A DNA stretch of 64,000 nucleotides from Gracilinanus agilis (taxonomy: Eukaryota). Location of the stretch: contig NC_058134.1 of NCBI RefSeq assembly GCF_016433145.1, forward strand, positions 124,559,305 to 124,623,304, read 5' to 3'. Below the pieces are notes generated by a model. That model was not told the DNA's origin, did not search any database, and was given only the letters and a program-made list of their open reading frames with translations. This document shows positions 12,893-24,545 of the stretch, piece by piece; within the stretch, counting starts at the first letter, position 1, and every line of letters starts with the position of its first letter. Made by a program: the position numbers and the translations under genes.

Positions 12893-13539
12893 CAAGGGTA
12901 AGTAAGGGTTTAAAAAAAAGAAATTGAGTTTCTTCCCTTGAGATCCTTCCCTTTTTGCTTTAAAAAAATTATATCAATAGTATAGAGAAACCCTCAACCA
13001 AGGCAAATGGATTAATACCAGTTCTGCAATGGAAAGTCATAGAAAATTGGCTGGGGGGCATTAATAAGTTAATAACTTACCCAAGAGTCACATTGCTAGT
13101 AAGCACATGCAGGGTTTGAATCCAAGTTTTCTTGACTCTGAGATCAACTCCCTATTCAAGATGCTGTACAAACTATTTTCAGCAGGAATCTCAGGCCAAA
13201 GCTAAGTTGCTGACGTCTTCAGAAGACACCCAGAGAAAAAGCTTTCCCTTTCCCCTTTCCATACAGGTTTTAGTAGAGTATTTCAGAGAGCATGCTATTG
13301 AAGATGGAAAAGAAGTGTATCATCCTAATAGGATAGGGCCTGAGGATCAATTCCCTTAAGCTACCTGAAAGCTACTAATAAAATACCTACCTAGAGGATC
13401 ACAGTGACTCTGGAGAATCACCTTCAGGATAGGCAGAGAGAGACATGAATCACTAAAGATGGATCCAAGTGCTAATCTCCAGGCTAGACAGGATGCTGCC
13501 TTGAACTAACAGGTCCTAGACCTAAGGCTATGGTGATTA

Positions 13540-14700
13540 ATACCTTGTTTAAGTTAGCTGGATCATGGAATGTGTGAAGGAGAATAAAGTATAGAACGAT
13601 TAGAAAAGTAGGAAGGATCCATGTTGTGTAGGGTTAAAAGTCCCAAATAGAAGATTTTCCATTTGATCCTAGAAGTAATAAAAAAAAAAACCACTGGAAT
13701 TTGTTATTTTACAAGTATTTTATTAATTTTCTCACTGCTCCCCTCCCTAACTAAATGATTTTTTAAAATAACCCCCCCATCCTCAATAACAAATATTCAT
13801 GGTTCAGAAAAACAAATCCCCACATTGGCTATATCTAAAAAGTTACGTCTCATTTTTGCATCTTGAGTCCATCACCTTCCTAGCTAGAGGTAGTATGGCT
13901 CATCTTTAGTCCTTTGGGTTTGTGGTTTATTATCGCATTGGTCAGAGTTCTAAAGTCCTTCAAAGTTATCTTTTCCAAGGATATTGTCGTTATTGTATGA
14001 TATTATTGTAGTTCTGCTCATTTTACTCTGTATCAGTTCATAGAGGTCTTCCCAGTTTCCTCTGAAACTATCCATTTTGTCATTTCTCATGACACTAACA
14101 TTCTGTTACATCAATTTACCATAATTTGTTTAGCCAATTTGAATAGGTAGGCATTTCATTAGTTTACAGGTTAGGGCTACTATGAAACAGACTTTACAAT
14201 TATTTTTGTACATAAGTCATTTTTTCTTTCTTTGATCTATTTGGGAAATCACTATAAATCTAGAAACCACTGGAATTTGTTGAGAGAGAGAGAGAAAGAG
14301 AGAAGGAGGGAGGGAGGGGAAGAAGAAGGGAGACTGATGACATAGTCAGATGTTTGTTTTAAGAAAATCCCTTTATTAGCTGAGTGGAGTATGGATTGGA
14401 ATGGAGAGAGAATTAAGGCAGGGAGACCAGTTAGAGACCTGTTAAAATAGTTAAGGCAAGAGGTGATAAGGGCCTAAACTAGGGTGATAACTGTGAGAAG
14501 AAAGAAAACAATGTCTAAGAGATACAGTATAAAGGTCAAAGCATAAGACTGGGCATATAGTGGATATCTGGAGTGAATTAGAGTGAGGAGGTGAGGATGA
14601 TAATGAGATTACAAGCCTGGATGTTTGGGAAGATGGTGCTGTCATTGGTAGTCATTAGAAAGTTGAAAGAGTACTTGAGGATAAGTACTCAAAGGTGGTT
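13540..14700 (-). mobile_element. L2 fragment interrupted by a 5'-truncated old L1-like insertion (13706-14263) with an 18-bp TSD
   Basis: AAACCACTGGAATTTGTT at both 13688-13705 and 14264-14281; L2-like purine-rich flanks. Confidence 0.7.
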
Positions 14701-15182
14701 TGAGGATAAAATTACAAAGGGATTAATAATAAAAATTACCTCATAAGGCTGTTGTGATGTGATGACTAAATGACACAGTATATGTAATGTGTTTTGCAAA
14801 ACTTAAAACTTAAAAAAAAATGTTAGCCATTATGATTATACTAGTCTTCCTGTCCTTCAGTTAGCAGAGTAACATGCTTCTTTTACTCTGACTCTAGGAC
14901 ATAAATTACTACATTTTCTAGATAGACTTTTGCAAGGAGCTGTCTACAAATTTTCTTTCTTTTCTTTTTTTTTTTCCTTACTTCCTGACAGCATCAGTTC
15001 TAAGACTGAAAAGTGACAATGGCTAACAATTGAGATTAAGTGACTTGCCCAGGGACACACAGGTAGGAAGTATCTGAGGCCAGATAGATGTCTACAAATT
15101 TTCTATGTCACTACAGGCCCAGTTCTAAATGTTCCTGATCCTCATATCTGCTTTCCTCTAGTCAGGCAAATCAGCCCAGGTC

Positions 15183-18100
15183 ATGCAGCAAAACGGTAAG
15201 AGAAATCCTGAGAAAGCTAAAGCTAAGTAGGAAGGGGCAGGGTGGCTGATCCATTTAGGACTTTTCCTCTCCCAATTCTGACTACCCTTTACTGATGTAA
15301 TGAGGAACAACATCCTCTTCCCTAACATCCTTTCTCCACCACCCCTAGACTGGAAAGAAAATTATAACTGAATGGGAAAAATTGACTTCTCGACTATTTT
15401 CCAGGGAGAAGGAAGTGATATCTTTGAGAGGCCCTAGAGTGGAAACCTGGCTCCTAGGGGTGAGCCCTACCCAACTCAGAAGTCATGCTGGTTGGCCCTG
15501 AATCATGCTGTCCTAGAGGGTATCCTACTGCAAGGGGGTAGAGGGAAAGCCTCTGCAGTCTATGATATGTCCTGCTTCTTCCCAGGGGTCAGTAGTGTGA
15601 ATCAGCTAGGGGGAGTCTTTGTGAATGGACGACCCCTGCCCCAGGGTACCCGACAGCAGATTGTGAAGCTGGCCATGAGTGGAGTTCGGCCCTGTGACAT
15701 CTCCAGAAGCCTCAGGGTAGGAGTTGGTAGAAAGGAGTTGGGGAGGGCAAAGTAAGTATCAGCCTAGTACTTTGGTACTTACTGGTGGGCAGGAAGCTGA
15801 GTAGGAAACTGGCTCTGGTTTCTTATAAAGCATTCCTAGAGGATGCTCCTTGAGATTGGAGCCTGTAGGTAAAACTTCCTCTGGAGCATTTTCTTGTCTT
15901 TGATCCTTGGAATTTTATTTTACCTGAGAGGCTTCTTCTGAAAAGAGGCAATTCCTTCCTCCATGTTGTGTCCCTCTCCATCTTTCCACTCTACACAGGT
16001 ATCTAATGGCTGTGTGAGCAAGATTCTGGGGAGATACTACCGCACAGGTACTCTGGAGCCTAAGGGCATTGGGGGAAGCAAACCTCGACTGGTTACAGCC
16101 CCTGTGGTAGCTCGTATTGCCCAGCTCAAGGGTGAGTGTCCTGCTATCTTTGCCTGGGAGATCCGTCACCAGTTATGTGCTGAAGGGCTCTGCACCCAAG
16201 ACAGGACACCCAGTGTGAGTATTTGTTCCTACCCAGTGAGAGAGGCTCATTTCTGGATGACCCTGTGAGATGCCACCACTGGGCTGTGTAGAGGGAAATG
16301 AGCCAGGTTCCCTGAGTTCTATGGGAACTAGAATTTAATCGCCTGAAAAAGGTGGGCAAGAGAAAAAAGCAAAGGGAAAAGAAAAAGAATGTTTTAAGAG
16401 AGGGAGGAAAGAGAAGACAACTCCTATTTAGTAAACATGGAGAATAATGAGATTGCTAAGGAGAGAAAGGGTGGGAGAATACAGAGGGGATCAGCAACAA
16501 AAGAAATACCTAGACCTTAGGGTAAATTTCAGCTATAGCCATATTTCAGTATAGCCCCAGAGTTTGTCTTCTATATCCTTCTTGCCCAGGTCTCTTCCAT
16601 CAACCGAATTTTAAGGGCCTTACAAGAAGACAAGAGGCTTCCCTGGGCCCAACTCACACTGCAAGGTGGGAAATGGAGCAGTATATAGGGATGTCAGGGA
16701 GGAAGGAAAACAAGTAGGAGAAAAGGGCCATTTGCACCCTAATGGACTCTTAAGAGTGTCCCCCCAGAGCCACATTCCAGAACCCATCACCTGGAACTCC
16801 AGCCGGCCCCATAATCCTTTCCAGTGCTTCTATGACACTTCTGTCCTTCCTCTGCCCATGGATCTGTATATGCAGAATCTATTTGTCCTTGTTTAGTCAG
16901 CAAATAGGTTTCCCTTGAGCTCCAAGCATTGCCCCAGGAGCTTTGAGATGCTAGAGATCCTATTGCCAGGTACTAACAATCAGCCACTCCTCTCTCTCTG
17001 CAGCTTCCCCTGCTCCAGGTCTCTACTTCCCCCACCGTGGTGCTGAGGCCCCTCGGGGGACCAGGCCAGGAACTCGCCAGCGAAATCGAACTATCTTCTC
17101 CCCATATCAGGCTGCGACCCTCGAAAAAGGTGTTGGGTCTAGGAAGGGGAGGGGAGAGGGCTGAGTGGTCTAGAAGAAAACTTCCCCTTGGCCCCACTAC
17201 TAACCCATGATGATGGCAGCTTGGCCTGACTGGCCCGGAATCTTCTTGGGACAATGAGGGTGGGAGTAGGGATGGGTACAAGTCAGTGGTGCCCTGCATT
17301 GGGGAGCCAGGTTTAAAGTTGCAGAATACGTCTACTTTAGACGTGGAATTGAGGATGGGCGTCTGTTATCCTCTTGTGTTGCATCTCTCATGCCCTCACT
17401 CTGTGAGTCTCCTGGCAGAGTTCCAGAGAGTACAGTATCCTGATCCAGCTACCCGGGGAAAGCTAGCTGAGGCCACGTCTTTGCCTGAGGCTACAGTGAA
17501 GGTGAGATGAGAAGCTGGTATATGGCTGAGTAAGTGCTGAAGGGACCTCTCCTCCTGAGAAGACAAAGGGATGGGAAGAGGAGCTCAAGTGGGAATACTA
17601 GTGTGAGTACATGGGGAGAGACCACGAAGTTAACAGTAACTAATTGGATCCCATTCTAATTCTCAGGTTTGGTTTTCCAACCGAAGAGCCAAATGGCGAA
17701 GGGAAGAGAAATTGAAGTGGGAAACTCAGTTCCCGGGTGATTTCCCCTTGATCTTTAATCCTTCAGGCATACCAAGTCCATAGTCACTCACCAATTCTCC
17801 TGCCACCCAGTCCATCCATGCCCCTTCCCCAAATTTCTCAACACATCCTCCCCTTCCCTACTGGACAAGGAAAATCAGTCCTTACCTTACTCCCCCTGTT
17901 CTTCCCAGCTCCATGTTCTGAGCAGATCCAGTCCAATCTTGGAGTTATTTCTCAGGGTCTGGTCTCACAAGATACTTCCAATTGGACTGCTTCCGCACAG
18001 GTACCAAAAAGTGGGTGAGGGCTGTTGGGTTGGTCCAGGGGATCTCACAGCCCCTCATTTGTTGTAGAGAGGTCAAAGGGCCAATTCTAACCTTCCTGGT

Positions 18101-18903
18101 GTGGGAATGATAATGACTTCTTTCCAGGACCACTGATTTGTAGGCATAGGAAGATAGGCCAAATTTCCTACCCCTTTCTTCTTTTCTTCCTAGCAGCCCC
18201 AAGCCAGTCTGCCCATGCCTCCTCTTCTTACCTCTACATCCACAGAACTACATCACTATCAACCACGCTTGGGAACAGCATCAGAAAGGTATACGAGTAA
18301 TGCCTTTCCTGGTGTCTGGCAAGAATCTTATGGTGGTAAGAACCCAAAGCCACCTTCACCTCCCTCCTTCCCCATTCTCAGATCATGAAGAGGGAGGGGC
18401 TAACTTTCCTCAACCCATCAGTAGGTAAGAACCCCAAACTGGGGTCAAAATGGAAGCCAAGTCTAGCTCCTCATCACTCCCTCTCTTGAGAGGGCATAAA
18501 GCTGGGGAAGGACCAGTCTCCTCTTTGAGTACTCCTAATTTCATGATGGGTAGCCTCAGAACATTTGGGGTAAGGGTTGATTGCAAAATGTTCATTGGTT
18601 TTAAATGCACTAATGAGATAACTCAGCTCTTCTTCCTTCTCTGTGAGAGGGATTAGGAAGCACCTGGCTCACCCTTTTGTCTTTGTCACTGCAGGACAAC
18701 TATCCTCTGGAGCCTCATATTCTGGATATAGCACATCTTTGTCACCAATGCCCTTTCCTGCCTTGGATATTTGGCCTTTCTTCCCACCATCCCTATCCCC
18801 TGTCTTTATACCTTTCACTCCCTCTTCTGCCATTGCCACCCCCTTCCACTCTAAGAATTGGAATGATATAGAAAAGAATGGAATAGAAAGTATTATGGTT
18901 TAG
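15183..18903 (+). CDS. PAX4: Paired box protein Pax-4 (paired domain + S50 paired-type homeodomain), about 385 aa, 10 coding exons
   Basis: Exons 15183-15195 (MQQN), 15586-15716, 15999-16214, 16590-16665, 17004-17129, 17419-17501, 17667-17736, 17909-18000 (or 17945-18000), 18194-18335, 18695-18903. All introns are GT-AG with consistent phases. Paired domain [14 protein letters not shown]...[14 protein letters not shown]; homeodomain RNRTIFS...[15 protein letters not shown]4-type features ([29 protein letters not shown]) and position next to FSCN3/ARF5/GCC1. Confidence 0.97.
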
Positions 18904-18984
18904 AGGAAAGAGTACCACATTGGAAGTCAAGAGATTTGAAATCTAATTTTGACTCTGCCATTCACTAATTGTGTTATCTTGACT

Positions 18985-19743
18985 ATCAATAGCCAAGAGG
19001 AAAAAATGTTCAAAATCACTAATCATTAGAGAAATGAAAATTAAAACAACTCTGAAATACTATGTTATACTCATCTATTTCCATATTATTGATATTTGCA
19101 ATAGGGTACTCATTTTGAGTCAATATCCCTAATTATATCCCCAAAATGGGCATATAACTTAGACATAAAGGGGTTTTTACCATTAGTTTTTTTAGGGGGC
19201 ATAGAATAGTTTACCTGGTAGATCCAGAAGAGAAGGGAAGAATTTATGGCCAAACGAGATAGAGAACATCACAAAATATAAAATGAATACTTTTGATTAT
19301 AGTAAATTAAAGTTTTTGTACAACAAGAATAGAAGGGAAACAATAACTGGGGGGGGGTTATAGCAAATTTCTGATATGTGTATTTTCTCAAATTTATAGA
19401 GAACCAGGTTAGATTTAAAATAAATACATGTCATTCCCCAATTGACAAATCGTCAAAGGATATGAACAAGCAGTTTTCAGATGAAGAAATTAAAGCTATC
19501 AATAATCATATGGAAAAAATGTTCTAAATTACTCTTGATTAGAGAAATACAAAGTAAAACAACTCTGAGGTACCACCTTACATGTATCAGATTGGCCAAT
19601 ATAACATTTAGGAAAGGGATGTGTTGGAGGGGATGTGGCAAAAAAGAGACATTGTTGGTAGAGTTGTAGATAAGTACAATCATTCTGGAGGACAATTTGG
19701 AACTATGCCAAAAGGGCCATAAAATTGTGCATACCGTCCTGAT

Positions 19744-19790
<47 letters not shown>

Positions 19791-20350
19791 GATCTTATAC
19801 CAAAGATATCATAAAAAAAGGAAAACGATCTACTTGTACAAAAATATTTATAGCACTTCTTTTTTTGGTGACAAAGACCTGGAAATGGAGGGGATGTCCA
19901 TCAATTGGGGAATGATTGTACAAATTGTGGTATATGTTGGTGATGGAATACCATGTTACAAGACATGATGAGCAGAATTATTTAAAAGAAAACTGGGAAG
20001 ATCTACATAAACTGATGCAAAACGAAATAAGCAGAACCGGGAGAACATTATACACAATAACAGCACTACTGTATGATGATCAACTGTGAAAGACTTAGCT
20101 ACTCTCAGCAATACAATGATCCAGGACAATTCTGAGGGACTTATGATAAAGAATGCTATCCATCTCCAGAGAAAGAACTGTTGGGAGTCAGAATGCAGAT
20201 CAAAGCATACTCTCTTTCACATTCGTCTATGTTTTTATTTTGAGATTTTGGTTTTATGTGAGAATTCTCTCATAACAATTACCAATATGGAAATATGTTT
20301 TGCATGATAGTACATGTATAATCCAGCTCAAATTGCTTATCATCTCCAGG
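18985..20350 (+). mobile_element. L1 3' portion (ORF2 C-terminus and 3'UTR), degraded, containing a (TAC)n microsatellite
   Basis: Peptides KKCSKLLLIREIQSKTTLRYHLT, CWRGCGKKETL and WKWRGCPSIGE are typical of the L1 ORF2 C-terminus. Confidence 0.9.
19744..19790. repeat. (TAC)15 perfect trinucleotide microsatellite
   Basis: Read directly. Confidence 0.98.
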
Positions 20351-20643
20351 AATGGGGAGTAAAGGGAAGGAGGGAGGCAATTTGGTTCTTATATAAGTAA
20401 TTGGGAAAATAAAATATCTTAAAAAAAGAAAATCCCTGCCCTCAAGGAACTTACAATGTAATGGTGGGAGGCAATGAACAAAAGGAAGCTGGAAAGGGGA
20501 GTGTGTGGTGCCAAAGGGCATGATATTCTTGAAAGGTAGAGGGGAGGTGCTGAGTACTGTAAATATTAAAAATGATAAAGGCTGGTATAATAATATATAT
20601 TAGTATTTTAATTAAAGCCATGTTGATAGATAAAATCATTAGA

Positions 20644-20847
20644 CCACGCGCTTGTAAGCATTCAAAACTGCCGCCTCCATACTGCCTCCTAGCCAAGCCC
20701 TACTCGCCAAAGAAGAGCTTACTGGCAAAAGAGAGCCACTCCCTCCTAACCCACGAGATTTAAGCGCTCCCCTGCGTCAAGACGTTGGAAACGGAAACCA
20801 GTTGGACCATGTTGGATCACGGGAAATGTAGTTTTGATACATTTCCC
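20644..20847. promoter_or_regulatory. Orphan promoter-like CpG cluster with ZNF143/THAP11-type ACTACATTTCCCG motif
   Basis: 10 CpGs in about 185 bp. CGGGAAATGTAGT at 20820-20832 matches ACTAYRNNNCCCR on the minus strand. 10-bp inverted repeat at 20821-20847. Confidence 0.45.
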
Positions 20848-21099
20848 TTGTCCATAGAAATATATACACTTTTAGATGGTTTTTTTTCAATTTCCTTTTT
20901 ACAGTACCAAAGCTAAATTAATCTCCATGATGATGAAATTTCAGTTGATGAATTTATCCTAGGGGAAAGTATGATGCTCTTAAGAGTTAAAACCAAGCAG
21001 ACAAGACTGCACTTACCATTCTATTGTAGATATTTAGCCTGTTCTTAAGGCTATTCAAGAAGAAGAAAACCATCATCTGGGAAAAGAGCTACTCAGCTC

Positions 21100-23970
21100 C
21101 TATTTTGTGTCTATCTTTTCTCTGTCTAGGAGAATGATTTATTAGTAGGAAGATCTACTGGAAAAACAAATATGACTAAGAGAAAATTGAAGTCCCAAAA
21201 GAAGTAAGGGGATATGAAGAGAATAGCTCACTGATGTAAGTTCAAGTCTCCTGGGCTTACTTACACTACAGGGTACTTAAAGAGTTTGTGAGATGATCAC
21301 TGAACAGTTGTAGAAAATTGAAGAGGAACTGGAAGATGAAAGGAAGACATACGTTGTATTACATTTTAAAAAGTGGAAGAAACTGGATTGTAAAATATAA
21401 ACTTTTGAACCATATCAATTTTTGGCAAAATAAGTGGAGTATTAAAGGAATGGTCTGAGTATTGAGCAAAAGGCAATCAATTTAGGCCTCAGCCACTTCC
21501 CAGCTGTGTGACCCTGGGCAAGTCACTTGACCCCCATTGCCCACCCTTACCAATCTTCCACCTATGAGACAATACACCGAAGTACAAGGGTNNNNNNNNN
21601 NNNNNNACATCCACTAACATTGTAACAAGAAGACAAAGCAATTTATGCAGAAAATATTTCAGGATTTAAATGACTAAACACTCAATATGAGTCAGCAGTG
21701 TGAGGTGACGCTCAGGAAAGCAAAAAGTAATCTGAGGCTATATTAATAGAAGTTTAACGTCCTAAAATTTATTCTGATACTTGAGTGAGCTACCATTATT
21801 CTATCATCATGAGGACTTCCTCCAATGATATGGATTGCAAGCCCCCCCCCTGCTCATTTTTTGCAAGCCTATGTGATTTCAGCTCATCTGTGTCTTACCA
21901 TAAAACAATCTAATGACTAGATTTTCCTCTATTGTTTTAAAAAATACATTTTGTTTATTTAAAAAATGATATCATTTCCACTTATGTCGTTTTTATATCA
22001 TATTTACTGTTCCTCCCTGCTTCCCTTATCAGAGAGTCATGCTTTATAACAAAGGATAAAAAACAGAGGAACAAAAAGTTCAGCAAAACTGACCGGGATA
22101 TGGAAAAGGTCTGACATAGGCAGTGTTCCATACCCACAGTTCCCCACCTCTGCAAAGAAGCATGATGGAGTTTGATTAAGCTTAGTCATTATCATTTCAA
22201 ATAATTCTCTACTTCTTTTAATATGGAGTTCTACTCAAAGCTTAATACTGCCCTAAGATTTTCAGGATATCCTATAGTGGAGGCTCACTGGGTCCCTCAG
22301 GCTGTCCATTTGTGACCTGCCTCTCATTCTCCAACATGACCCACCTCCTCCTTTTCTTTCCATACATACCACTCCTAAACAAGGGAGGCAATTGTCCTGT
22401 CCTACTCAACACTGGTCAGTCCCCTATAATTCAGTGAACACAACGTGTTCAGTTCTAAGAACTGTCTTTTAAGAGGGACACTAATAACCTATATTGTGTT
22501 TAGAGAAGTGATCAGAGTAATGAGAGGACTAAAAACCAAGGGCGTGCTTATAAAACTAGTATAAACAACTGGCTTTCTGTCCTACCAGATACAATTTAAA
22601 GTTTAATCTGCTTTTAGTAACATTTTCTCTACTACTTTCTTTTTTTTTTTTTTTTAAACCCTTATCTTCCATCTTGGAGTCAATACTGTGCATTGGCTCC
22701 AAGGCAGAAGAGTGGTAAGGGTAGGCAATGGGGGTCAAGTGACTTGCCCAGGGTCACACAGCTGGGAAGTGACTGAGGCCAGACTTGAACCCTAGGACCT
22801 CTCTTCTCTAGGCCTGACTCTCAATCCACTGAGCTACCCAGCTGCCCGCTTCTCTACTACTTTCTTAAGTCTACCAAAACACTAAATCAAGTCCTGATTT
22901 GTAGCTTGCTGATTTCCTACATATAAATGCTAACACTGAGAATTCTAATACACCCTGGCAAGTTTAACCATGTCTGAGGATTAAGGGAAGGAACTGAGGG
23001 TGCTTACCCAGAAGAAAAGTAGAGGCGGGGAGGAATGAGGGTGAGGGGAGAGCTTCACAATTATAATGGGCTACATGTTAAAAGAAAAAAAAAAAAGCAA
23101 ACAGTGTGGTTCTTAAAAGCAGAAACAGGAACAATGGTGGAACAGAGGAGGAGGGAGAGAAGTATATATTTCAGGTAATTTAAGCAAGACTTTTAATAGT
23201 TGGATTTTTTTTAAAACCCTTACCCCTTCTGTCTTAGAATCAATATTATGTTTTGGTTTCAAGGTAGAAGAGTGGAAAGGGCTAGGCATTGGGGGTTAAG
23301 TGACTTGCTCAGGGTTACATAGCTAGGAAGTGTCTGAGGCAAATTTGAATCCAGGACCTCAGACTCTAAGCCTAGCTCTCAATCCACTAAACCACCAACT
23401 GCCCCTTTAGAATGAACAGATCATAAGGAAGAAATGAAAGGGACAGTTTTAGAGGAACCTAAAAAGATTTGCTTGAAATTGATAGAGTAAAATGGGCAAA
23501 ACCAAGAATAATTTACACAATGAATATATTATAAAGAAATGAACTTTGAAAAGACTTAGAATTCTGATTAATGCAATGACCAGCCATGATTTTGGCATGC
23601 TACTCTCCTGACAGAGAGTTAATAAACAAGATGCAGAATGAGACATATTTTTGTGGACATGATCAATGTGGGAATTTCTTTTGCTTGACTATGCAACTTA
23701 AATACAAGGTTGTTGTTTTGTTGTGTTTTTTTTTTTTTAATTTTTTTGGGGAAGGTGTGGAAGGGTGTAGAAATAAATGCTTTGTTTGAAAAATAAGTTT
23801 TTCTTTAATTAGAAAAATGCTACAAGGACCTTCTCAGGTGGTGAATTCTCTACTACTTAGAGTGCTCAAGGCTCTAGACTCAAGGATACTTGTGAAGGAT
23901 GATTTAAGGGGATTCTTATATCAGGTAATTGTTTGTACTAGAAGACCTTGATAACCTGAATAACTATCCA
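21100..23970 (+). mobile_element. Fragmented L3/CR1 LINE (RT region to 3' end), interrupted by SINEs and L1 pieces
   Basis: Collinear CR1-like segments: CAGGGTACTTAAAGAGTTTG (about 21270), AATATGAGTCAGCAGTGTG (about 21685), GTGTTCAGTTCT (about 22450), 3' end (about 23830-23960). Confidence 0.7.
22636..22847 (-). mobile_element. Young didelphid SINE (SINE1_Mdo-like) with poly-A tail and perfect 17-bp TSD
   Basis: TTCTCTACTACTTTCTT at 22625-22641 and 22850-22866. Further copies: 21484-21591(+), 23205-23405(-), 26355-26470(-), 36822-36982(-), 45830-46036(-), 52505-52714(-), 53929-54060(+), 55140-55300(-), 61217-61398(+). Confidence 0.9.
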
Positions 23971-24006
23971 AGAGTGATTCTCTGGTTCTTCATACTTATA
24001 ATACAA

Positions 24007-24545
24007 CCAGGGGTGTGTGCTGAAGCTTCGGAGAGCCAATTGTTAAGTTTTCAATGTGAGTGTTTACATTTCTGAAATCAGCAAACTACAAATCAGGATT
24101 TGATTTACTGTTTAGTTGAGAATTTAGACCAGTGATGGGCAAACTTTTTAAAGAGGGGGCCAAAGGAAAGGAAATGCTCATCTGTCAGTCTGTTTCTAAG
24201 GCAACTGTAAGAGGGGAAACTAGATATTTAAGGTCTGGTCGCCAGGAATCGGATCAATGTGATTCCAAATTAATAGACCCAAGTCAGGATGGCTTTTATG
24301 GAAGTTTATTTGCAATTAGGAAGGTTGAAGGTTGAAACTCTGGTTGGACCAGAGATCTTTTGACGTTTCATTGTATTGTATCCTACTCATTGTATTCATC
24401 AGATTAGGAAGAATGTCATGTGGTGGGGACAGAACATCTCAGGGGGCTGCATCTGGCCTGAGGGCAGTAGTTTGCCCATCACTGGTGTAGACTTTAGAAA
24501 GTCATGGAGAAAATGCTAATAATGTAGCTTAAATTTAGAAATATG
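24007..24545 (+). mobile_element. MER63-like (hAT-Blackjack) element hosting a nested hAT MITE
   Basis: CCAGGGGTGTGTGCTG...GAGAGCCAATTGTTAA, then TACAAATCAGGATTTGATTT, and after the insert AGAAAGTCATGGAGAAAATGCTAATAATG, matching my recollection of the MER63 consensus. Confidence 0.65.
24130..24484. mobile_element. hAT MITE with perfect 16-bp TIRs and 8-bp TSD; carries an LTR 3'-end fragment (24206-about 24356, minus strand)
   Basis: CAGTGATGGGCAAACT (24130-24145) and AGTTTGCCCATCACTG (24469-24484); flanks ATTTAGAC and GTGTAGAC. Confidence 0.9.
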
